This document shows, piece by piece, positions 53,987 through 64,000 of a stretch of DNA of 64,000 nt. Position 1 is the first letter of the stretch. Each line of letters begins with the position of its first letter. The stretch is taken from NCBI GenBank assembly GCA_013416795.1, contig RQSC01000017.1:80650-144649 (forward strand). Direction: 5' to 3'. The translations under genes were made by a program, and so were the position numbers. The notes beneath the pieces are model-generated. The model saw only the letters and a program-made list of their open reading frames with translations, was not told the origin of the DNA and made no database searches. This DNA comes from Prasinococcaceae sp. CCMP 1430 (taxonomy: Eukaryota > Plantae > Prasinodermophyta).

Positions 53987-54329
53987 CGCCGCACCCGCCC
54001 ACACACACGCGCGCCGACGCGCCGACGCCGACGCGCGCGCGCGCACGCGGTGTGGCGGCCGTCGGCACGCGTGAATTCACCGCCAGAGGATAAGGCGCTC
54101 TCAACGCTTATCAACGCTCATCATCGAAGTTTTTCTCGTCCTTCTTTTTTCCCCTGGTTTTTCGGCAGCACGCAGCAGCTGTCGGGTGATGGTGAGTGCA
54201 TGCCGACGGGCCAGAGCACGCGCGCGCGGGCGGGGCGTGGGCGCCGAGCAGCCTGGTTGGTGCTGTCCTGTGTCCCCACCACGCGCACCTTCCTCTGGCG
54301 CCGGCTGACGCCTCCCCCGAGGTCGCGCC

Positions 54330-54974
54330 ATGCTGCGCGCGGCGGCGGCGCGCGCGCTCGGCGCGCTGGGCGACGGGGCGGCCGTGGCCGCGCAGGGCAG
54401 CGCGGCGCCCGCCGCGCGAGGCGCTCTCGAGCGCGCGCTCGGAGGCGTGCGCACGGCGACCAAGAAGGCCGGTGGCACGTCTAAGAATGGACGTGACTCC
54501 AACCCGAAGTACCTGGGCCTCAAGAAGGCCGGCGGGCAGCCGGTCGCACCGGGGAACATCATCGTGCGCCAGCGCGGGCGCAAGTACCACCCGGGGGACA
54601 CCCACTCCGTGGGCATGGGCAAGGTGCGTGCAAGGGGCAGGGGGTGCGCTGTGTCACGAGTGTGGTGCTGGCTCTCGCTGGACCCTCCGCACGCGTGCCT
54701 CGCCCTCCGCCCCTGAATGGGCGAGGCGGGGCTGCCTCTCGTCGGCGCCCTCTTGCCAACCCTAAATATCGCCATGCCCTGCCTGCCGTGTTCGCCGTGC
54801 TGACTGCCCCACGCGCACCGCTGGCGCTCCTCGCGCGGCGCGCAGGACCACACCATCTATGCGCTGATTGAGGGCAGGGTGAAGTTTACCAAGGTGCCGC
54901 ATCGCCTCGGCCGCAAGGGCTATCGATCGTTCGTATACGTGCAACCGTTCGCCGCCTCGGCGGCAGCGCAATAG
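54330..54974 (+). CDS. MRPL27: Organellar (probably mitochondrial) ribosomal protein bL27, 2 exons (54330-54623, 54846-54974)
   Basis: [56 protein letters not shown], preceded by a targeting peptide. Confidence 0.9.
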
Positions 54975-55252
54975 TGAAATCGCGGCTGCACTGGGCCGCC
55001 ACCGCGGGTGCAGCGCAGCGGGCGGAGCCTGCAGCGGGCGGCCGCCGCACGTGCCGCTCGAGCAGCAGCGGCAGTAGCATTGGGTGTAATACTTCGATAG
55101 ATAGTAGGGAGACAAAAGGCCGGCCGGAGTACTTACATGCCAACGTCGCAGCGACTACGTCGGCGTGCGACGCGTTGGTGGCGATCTGCTGAGGGCGCGT
55201 GCGGCTCATTCTACTACAGCCTAGCCTTGTACGGCACGGGCGCCGGTGCTAG

Positions 55253-56532
<1,280 letters not shown>

Positions 56533-57311
56533 GCGCCCCGGCCACCCGGTCGCCCTCGCGCTCGCCGCCGCGCGCGCGCGGGCGCTCGGGGAACCGCCCC
56601 CCCGACCGGCGGAGGTCAAAACCAAAACCGCACCGCGGAACCGGGCTGCCGCTGGCTGGCTGGTGGGCGGCGATGAAGCGCGCTCCAGCCAGGTGCGCAC
56701 CCCGGATCGAATCGAACAATCGATTGGACGACGCCCCGGTCAACGACCCCCACACAGCCCAACTAGAACCGAAACGAACCGGGTGCGGCCCGACCAAACT
56801 CAGGAATGGGTCCGGGGCGTTCGCCGTTCGGAAAAAAAAAAAAAATGCCGCCGCCCGCCAGCCCGGCCCGCCTCCCCGAAACCAACCCATCCGGCCCGGC
56901 CCGTCGGCGTGGCGCCGCGCCGCGCCGCGCCGCTCGAGGCCAGGAAATGACCCGTCGCGCTCGCGCTGCGCGGTCTCCTTCCGACCGCCCGAGCGATGGG
57001 TCCCTGGCGGTGCGGATCCGGATCCGGATCCGCATCCGCATCCGAACGCCCGCGTTTGCTTGTGCGTTTTTTTTACTCTTTTCGTTGGGTTCGTTTGGGC
57101 AGACGAGCCGCTGCGGTGCGGGCGACGCCGGCCGGCGGCCCGGCGGCCGCCGGTCGATCCACAGGCGGGCAGGCAGGCAGCAGGGCGTTGATTGATGTGA
57201 TGTACGGATGGATTGGCGCGCGGCGGCCACACAGCGCCTCCCCCCCCTCCCCCCTCCCCCTTTTTTTCCCTGCACGCGCGAATTCCATCGCGAAACCCCC
57301 CACAAATTCCC

Positions 57312-57351
57312 AAATCTAAATCTAAATCTAAATCTAAATCTAAATCTAAAT
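57312..57351 (+). repeat. Hexamer microsatellite (AAATCT)x6.7
   Basis: Direct inspection. Lies in an SSR-rich region that also has (CGGATC/CGCATC)x5 at 57013-57042 and ACCG/ACCA and GGGA runs. Confidence 0.9.
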
Positions 57352-58399
57352 ACGTACTGTAAATGCACACAAATAGTCCCCTGAATAAAAAGCTCCGTCC
57401 AACCACGCTGCATGCATCACGCACCCCTACCACGACGAAAAGGCACACCCACGCGATGACCGAAGGGGCATGCGGCACTCGCACCCTCCGACGGATCCCC
57501 GCCAACCACCCACCCAACCAACCAACCAACGACCCGCCAACCGACCGACCGACCGACCGGGGGATGAAACTGGCACTGAATACGCGCCGCGGAGGGAGGG
57601 AGGGAGGGAGACAGAGAGAGCGCGGCAGGGCGCAGGCGGACGGAGGGGGATGGGAGCTCCCTCCCTCCCTCCCTCCCTCCCTCGGGAGGAACAGACACAG
57701 AGAGCAGAGCGCCCTCCCCTCCCCTCCCCTTCCCTCGGGAGGAACAGGGACAGCGCCCGAACCCCGAACCTCCCGCGGGCGCACCCGCGTCCGAACGCGT
57801 CGAAATGAGTGCGGCGCATCGATGTGTACAAACCCTCCAATTGACCCTAAACTTGGGCTGCCTTGGGGGCAGAGGAGGGTGCTGCACAGAGGGTGGGTGG
57901 GTGGGGGTGGGTGGGGGGCACGCCGAGCGGCGCAGCAGGGGTCGACGCGGGCCGTGCGTCGCGACAGGGTGGAGGGGGCCGTGTGCGCCCATCGGCTCCC
58001 CCGCGGCGTCGTTGGGTGCGCGCGTTCGGAGGGGCAGGCAAGGCGCGGGGGGGGGGGGGACGTCTCTGCTGCTTGGGCACCGGCCGGGGCGCGCACCGTC
58101 CGCGGCGTGGGCTGTCGGTCGGCGAGAGCGCGAGCGCGCCGCATCCGGATACCGCGAGTGGTGTGCGACAGCGGGGTGGAACCCATCGCCCGCCGGGGCG
58201 AGGCGCACCTGCGGCCTCGCAGTGGCGCGGCGAGAGCGGCGGCGGCGCACCCGGCGGCGNGTGCGACGCGGCCGGAGCAGGGGCGCTGCACGCTGCATAG
58301 GCGTTCAGGCGGGTTGTCGACGGGGCGCGGGCGGGGCACGACGGTGACGATCGTGCGAAGTCATGAGCCATAGCCACGATTCGCGGGCCACAAGCCAGA

Positions 58400-59809
58400 A
58401 TGTCGGCAACCTGCTCGGCTCCCGGCCGTGCGTTCGACAGTCAGATCTGTACAAGAGGTGCGGTCACTCGTCAGCTGGCGCGACGACACGCTGCTGGAAG
58501 TTGCGCCGGCTCACAGCCCCCCCTCCCCCCCCCCCCGCGCGCGCGCTCTGCGTTCGATCGCGCGCGTGCGTTCGCTCGCGGCGCCTGCTGCTAGCTGGAG
58601 GGCCCGCCGGTGGTGGCGACTGGCTGGCGCGGCCCGCGCCGGAACGCCACCAGCGGCCTCTGCTCCGTCTGCCTGCGCATGGCGCCGCGCGGGACCTCGG
58701 TTGGGTCGCGGCGGGACGGAACGGGCACGGAGAGCAAGCAAGAGGACGCGACGGATGGCTGGCTGGATGGATGCATGGGCGGCGGCCGCAGCAGCCCCGA
58801 TCCCGATCCCGGTCGGGGCGCGCCGCGCCACCCCACCCGCCGCGCGCCGCCGCGGCGGCGAACCAAGAGAACGATTCAGGACCTCGACGTCGTCGGCGGA
58901 CGCGCTGCGCTGCGGCGCTCGCACCCCGCCAACCATACCCACAGACAGACAGGCAGACGCACCGACCGACCGACGACACAAACAAACGCGGGAGGCCATC
59001 AACTCAATCAAACCGCTGTGGTGTTTGGATTGGAGAGTGCAACACACACTCTGTCTGTCAGGGAGGCGAGTCGACGAGTCCGACCCGTAGATTGATGCAC
59101 CGACCGGCAGAGCCCTGCTGGTTGGCTGGCTGCGCTTTTGTTGTTGGTTGCGAATTCCCAGGAAAAGATCTTGGGACCGCGATCGCGTCGCGCGGCCGTC
59201 GCGCGACGGCGGCGCGGATTTCTCGGGCGCGGCGCGCCGCCGTCGCGGCGGCGCCCGTGAGCTCCGGGCGCCGCGCGGCGATCTTCGAGGCAGCCAAGCT
59301 GGCGGGTGTGGCGCTCACTGCGTCGACCGCGGCGCCGCTCGCAGCGCGCGCCGAGGACGATGGCGGGCTCTTCAACGAGTTCGGCTCCACCAACCCGCTG
59401 AAGAACCCCTTCACGCCTGTGGCAGCGATTGGGCTGTCGCTTCTGACTGCCATGTCGCTGCTGGGTGACAAGAAGGCCGACAAGGTCAAGGAGGAGCTGA
59501 TGGAGCAGTACGGCATCGAGACGTGAGTTGCGCGCGCCTCCGGCCTGTGCGCGCGCCCGCGGACGCCCGGCGCACCTCGCACGCGCGAGCAGGCGACTGA
59601 CCGCAGTGAGCGCGCGCGCGTGTTGCGGCGCGCCACCCGCGCTCCGCAGGGAGGGCGTGAGGGAGGTCAAGTTCTGCCGCGGCCAGCAGATCATGCTCGA
59701 GAAGGGCCAACTGACCCCGGAGGAGGTGCAGGCGAACTTCGCTGCCGAGGCGCGCAAGATCGCGCAGTGGCTCGACAAGCCCGTGCCCGCCTACGCCCAG
59801 GAGAAGTAG
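58400..59809 (+). CDS. Uncharacterised thylakoid protein with bipartite twin-arginine signal and one TM helix; proposed exons 58400-58427, 59162-59522, 59650-59809
   Basis: Transit-like leader, SGRRAAIFEAAKLAGVALTASTAAPLAARA/EDDG (RR..AxA), then hydrophobic PVAAIGLSLLTAMSLL. GT-AG introns with matching phases. Confidence 0.65.
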
Positions 59810-59996
59810 GACCTGCCTGCCGGGGGTGCGCCGCCTCGACCGAGCCGCAGCGCGCGCGCACACTCACACCTAGGCCCTTGCGCGACGTAGCCTGCGCGCG
59901 ACAGTGAGTGAAGAGTGGGCGGGTCTCGCTCGTTTTGACATGGTTGGCGCCATGCGCCCCCCTGGGCTCTCGCAGTGAGCTGAGGTCCAGCGGTCG

Positions 59997-60218
59997 TCAT
60001 GTCGCCTTGGCCGCGTCTGTTTCCATGGCGTCCGTGTCGACGGGAGCCTCGGCGCGGTCGGCATCCTCGGGCGCGCTGTCCTCCTCGCCTCCGGCGTTCC
60101 CGTTCGTGGTCGCCGCGGGCGCCTCCTCGGCGTGCCCGTTGCCGTTCGCGACCGCCTCCTCCATGTCGGCCGCCGGCTCCTCCCCTTGCGACGGGCTCAG
60201 CGTGCCCCATGCCTCGTC
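59997..60218 (-). CDS. Orphan terminal exon (acidic, low complexity) of a gene whose 5' part is missing
   Basis: CCGCAG acceptor, then 73 codons DEAWGTLSPSQGEEP..ETDAAKAT and TGA. The upstream intron runs into the gap. Confidence 0.5.
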   Translation of the reverse strand, partial: DEAWGTLSPSQGEEPAADMEEAVANGNGHAEEAPAATTNGNAGGEEDSAPEDADRAEAPVDTDAMETDAAKAT

Positions 60219-60587
60219 CTGCGGACGCGGCGCAGCAGTCAGTGCGCGGTCCTGCTGGCGGCGGGCGGACGTCGGCGGGCCGCACCCGCTGCAGTCGCCC
60301 CCCCCCCCACGCCACCACCATCACACACACACACACACACAACCCCCCCCTCCTCTTCCTCCCGCTACCCGCCGCTCTCACGAGGTGACATGTGGGGTTC
60401 CAATCCTGCTCCGTTTCTGCACAGCTGCGCAAAATCGCATTCCCGCCCTTGCGCATTCCCCCGGCCGGGCGCGATCCGATCGCGCGCGCCGTTTCCCGGA
60501 TCCGTTTTCCCCCGCGGCCGCGCGCGCGCGCGCGCGACTCGGCGGCGCGTGCGCGGATGGAACCTATCCGCGCGGGGGCCCGCGGCG

Positions 60588-60722
60588 NNNNNNNNNNNNN
60601 NNNNNNNNNNNNNNNNNNNNNNNNNNNNNNNNNNNNNNNNNNNNNNNNNNNNNNNNNNNNNNNNNNNNNNNNNNNNNNNNNNNNNNNNNNNNNNNNNNNN
60701 NNNNNNNNNNNNNNNNNNNNNN
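60588..60722. other. Assembly gap (N run)
   Basis: Run of N. Confidence 1.
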
Positions 60723-61045
60723 GCGTTTCGAGCGAGGGCGCGGCGCGCGGAACCCTCGCTGCTCGCCGCCACCGGCGATGGATCGATCCGGGGCCGCGCG
60801 GCGCTCGGAAACGCCCCGCCGCGCTGCGCGCGCGCACCCCGTTTCCGATACGGATCCGCGCGTCGCCCGAGCCCGATGCCGATCCCGATCCCGACGCCGC
60901 AGTCGAAATCTGCCGATCTTTGCGCGCGGCCGCACTTCCGCGCTCCGGGGCGCTTTTCCCCTTTGCTTTTCCCTTTTCCCTTTCGCCGGGGCGCTTTTTC
61001 CCTCGCGCGGGCGCGGGAGCGGGCGCCCGCCGGCGCGACGGCGGG

Positions 61046-62215
61046 CACTTCATGCGCTGGGTCGAGGCCGATGCCGGCGGCGGCCCACAGTGGGTCAGTC
61101 GGCACGTGCATGCGCTTGCGAGCATTGGGGGTGTCGGCCTTGGATTGCCGAAGGCATTGACCAGCGTCCTCAGCGGAGAGATGTCGGATACCGCCGCCCT
61201 GGGCGAGGTTGTGGGCGTCCTGGTCGACCGCGTGGTGCAGCCCTTGGCTCGGCGAGCCGTCTTCCGCTCGTGGCACTCGCCGCGCATCATGCTCCCCATC
61301 GGCGGCGACAAGGTGTGGGGAGACGCCAGCCACGCGCCCGACGACATCGTGGCGCGCGATGACTCGGGCGTCCCACACAACGTGACGCTCGGGCGGCTGA
61401 TCACCGTCGTGCGCGCGGACGCGCACGTCGATGCCCTCACAACTGAAGAGGCGATCGACGCGCTCATGTCTGACTGGCACCCGCGCGAGGGGGGTGGCGC
61501 GGAGGAGCCACGCCGCGCGGTGGACGACCTCGGCTTCACCAACCCGCTGACGAATCCGCTGCCCAACGCGCCGAACCTCACCATATACGCGCTCTACGGC
61601 GTCGGATTGCCGACCGAGCGCGCTTACGTGTACTCGGCGCAGGCGAGCGGAGCAGGCGGCGGCGGCGGAAGCGCGCAGGGCGCTGACCCTGGGGGCGGCG
61701 ATGGCGCAGCGCGTGGCGGGTCCTCCTCCTCGTCTGAGGAAGCTGAGATCTCGGACGGCGGGAGGCTAGGCGATGCCGCCGGCGAGGGTGGCCGCGGGGC
61801 ATCGCGCACGGCCTCGTCGTCCGCGGGCGCTGGTAGCCCTGCCGGTGCCTCTGCCCCTGTGCCTGGGCGTATCGCCAGGCACATGCCTGGCAAGGGTGTG
61901 GTGTTTGCCGACGGCGACGGGACCGTCCCTCTACTCAGTCTGGGCTTCATGCCAATCGAGGGATGGAAGCGCCCCGAGCACAATCCGCACGGCGTGAAGA
62001 CCGTCGTGCGTGAGTACCGCCACATGAACGACCTCGTGATCTCATCGCGCCACCTGCACGCGGGGCCGCGCTCGGGCGACCACGTGGGGATCATGTCCAA
62101 TGCCGAGGTCATCGCTGACGTGGTGCGCATAGCTGGAGGGCGCGAGCCCGAGGAGAGGGTCGTCTCACAAATCAGGGAGATCGCGGCGAGGGTGCCCAAG
62201 ACGGGCCTCGCGTAG
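61046..62215 (+). CDS. PDAT: Phospholipid:diacylglycerol acyltransferase (LCAT/PDAT family), C-terminal half only
   Basis: HFMRWVE..GGGPQWVSRHV..LGLPKA..SGEM.DT, TNPL..PLPNAP.L.IY.LYGVG.PTERAY.Y, DGDGTVP.LSLG.M, GDHVGIM. Confidence 0.85.
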   Translation, partial: HFMRWVEADAGGGPQWVSRHVHALASIGGVGLGLPKALTSVLSGEMSDTAALGEVVGVLVDRVVQPLARRAVFRSWHSPRIMLPIGGDKVWGDASHAPDDIVARDDSGVPHNVTLGRLITVVRADAHVDALTTEEAIDALMSDWHPREGGGAEEPRRAVDDLGFTNPLTNPLPNAPNLTIYALYGVGLPTERAYVYSAQASGAGGGGGSAQGADPGGGDGAARGGSSSSSEEAEISDGGRLGDAAGEGGRGASRTASSSAGAGSPAGASAPVPGRIARHMPGKGVVFADGDGTVPLLSLGFMPIEGWKRPEHNPHGVKTVVREYRHMNDLVISSRHLHAGPRSGDHVGIMSNAEVIADVVRIAGGREPEERVVSQIREIAARVPKTGLA

Positions 62216-62593
62216 GCGCGCGCCTCGCGACCGCGTCGTCTCCCCCCCGTCCTTGCGTGCGCTCCGCTTTTTGGGAGCGGCGCTCTGTATGTACACTTTT
62301 GTTTGTGTCAACACCTTCATCATTCTTTACCACCGGCACGCGCTCAAGTTAGCTGCTCCGCTATAGCCACTGGCAGCCAGGCCCTCCTCGGGCGCATGAC
62401 CGAAGCGCCCATCGGCAACACGCGTGTTCTTGCCTTGCCCGCCCCGCACCCGGTCGGTCGGTCGCGCGTCCCGCCCCGTTCGTCCGACGCCGCGCGACCG
62501 CCTCGAGCCAACGCGCGCGACTCGTCTAATACTTCGCTGGTGCGACGCTCACTCACACACGACGTGATCGGTAGCGCTGGAGACACGCCTTCC

Positions 62594-63838
62594 TCAGAAC
62601 TTCGCCCACTCCGCCGGCGCCGCATCGGACGCCGACGGTGCTGCCGGCGCCTGCGGGGCGTCAGCTGACCCCGACGCTTCCGCCGGCGCCGCCGCCTCGC
62701 TCTCAGGCTCAGCAGCAGGAGCGGGGGCGTCAGCATCCCGTGGCACGGCCTCGAGCGGCACGTCGCCGGAAGCGGCGGCCGCGGCGGGGGCGGCCGCCGC
62801 CGCAGTCGCCTCGTCCGCCTCTGCTGCGTCGGCCGCAGGGGGCTCCTGGGGCCCGCCCTGCGCGGCGGCGGTGCCGCCGCCGCTCGAAATGCCCGCGTCG
62901 CGCGCCTTCTTGGCCTTGTAGGACTCCCAATATTTGGACATGGTGAGCTCGAGAGCATCGTACAGCTCCGTCATCGATTCGGGAGGCGGCACCTCGCCTT
63001 GCAGGATGGACTCGGGCTTCATGTGGCCCTTGTCGTCCACCAGCGGCCCTTCTTCGCTCGTCCCGTAGAGGGCGTCCACGAGCTTGTGCGACACGCTGAC
63101 GCCGTCGCCGGAGAAGGACATGTCGACGAGCGCACCCTTGGCGATCGTGTACGAGAAGCTATCCCAGGTGGTTCCCATGTCGCGGAACTTGGCGAGGTCG
63201 ATGTGCCCCCCGCCGTCGCCGCCTAGGGGCACGCGCTTTTCCTTGCCGACGCGCACTGCGAGGCGCATGCAGCGCCGGCCGGGGTCGGTGGGATGGCGGC
63301 AGCGTCAGGACGGCTCTTAAAGGCTCGAGGGACGAACCGCGCGCGCGCGTGGCCCGCGCGGCTCACCTGTGAAGTCGTTTCCGAGCGACACCTGGGTGTG
63401 CTTGAATGCGTCGACGGCCTTTTCGGTGTCGAGCACGAGGACCGAGTCCATGCTGCCCACGCCGAGCGTGAGGCCGATGGCGCCCGACGTGAGCTCGATG
63501 GGGAGCGGCGCTGACCAGCGCGCCATGGTCGGGCCGCCGTAGCCGCGGCCTTCGCCGCGCACGCGCTTGATGACGAAGCCGTGGCCGTGCATGGCGCTGA
63601 CGACGGCGCCCGCCTTCCACGCGGAGACGAACACCAGCGCCTGGCAGTTGAAGAGCTCCACGACGTTCATCGGCGTGGTCGCATCGGCGTAGCCCGCGGG
63701 CGCGTCGCCCTCGGCGGCGCCCCCCTCGGGCGTCGTGAGCACCCGGAGCGTGTCCTTGGCCTGCGCGACGTGCTTGGCGAAGCGCTCGCGCAGCTCCTCG
63801 GGCGTCGCGCCGTGGAAGATGCCCTTGATGGCCTCCAT
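62594..63838 (-). CDS. SYLF/Ysc84 (DUF500) domain protein, 2 exons (63838-63367, 63255-62594)
   Basis: LVF...KAG..VSA..G.GFVI..WSAP..I......GL..G....D.VLVL.T..AV..F, SYT.AKG...D.SF.G. Phase-1 GT-AG intron. Confidence 0.85.
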
Positions 63839-64000
63839 CGCGCCTCTCTTTCTTTCTCCGAGCCGCTCCGGCGGCGCCGCCGCGCCGCGCGTCCGCGCTC
63901 GCCTGCTGTTCGCGGCGCGATCCTCCTGCTCCGCCCCTACGCGGCGCCGCCGCCGTCGGCCCGCCGAGCTCCGAGAGCCCTCCGCTGCTCGCCCGTCTCG

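Noticed and set aside
57312-57351. (AAATCT)n as an interstitial telomere
   Set aside because: Reads TTTAGA on the other strand, lacking the G-run of known telomere units; treated as a microsatellite.

Overview
Gene-dense (about 37 genes or gene fragments), very GC-rich eukaryotic nuclear DNA with short GT-AG introns (donors mostly GTGCG or GTGAG, CTGAC-like branch points). Plastid-targeted genes (SecE, fructosamine kinase, FHA, a Tat-type thylakoid protein), an H2A.X ending in SQEF, ciliary genes (CFAP47, CDKL5/LF5-like) and a ubiquitin-NiSOD fusion indicate a prasinophyte-grade green alga; this is inference and the species cannot be fixed from the sequence. There are four N-gaps and several abrupt junctions where part of a gene is missing (FBA, YJU2, FHA, PDAT), suggesting assembly drop-outs. 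No rRNA, tRNA, CRISPR array or transposon was recognised, and most long ORFs in the track are GC-rich shadow frames. Best leads: (1) a spliced ubiquitin-NiSOD precursor whose ubiquitin junction exposes the His1-Cys2 nickel hook; (2) a Myb + RCT-like protein resembling telomeric RAP1, a shelterin subunit generally regarded as absent from plants; (3) a FREE1-type PH-like / polyproline / GAB-FAB-like protein resembling an Ena/VASP actin module; (4) a histone-type 3' stem-loop on an H2A.X gene divergently paired with H2B; (5) an eL37 with its conserved YNW segment replaced by an insertion. All family assignments come from motif recognition by eye, not database searches.
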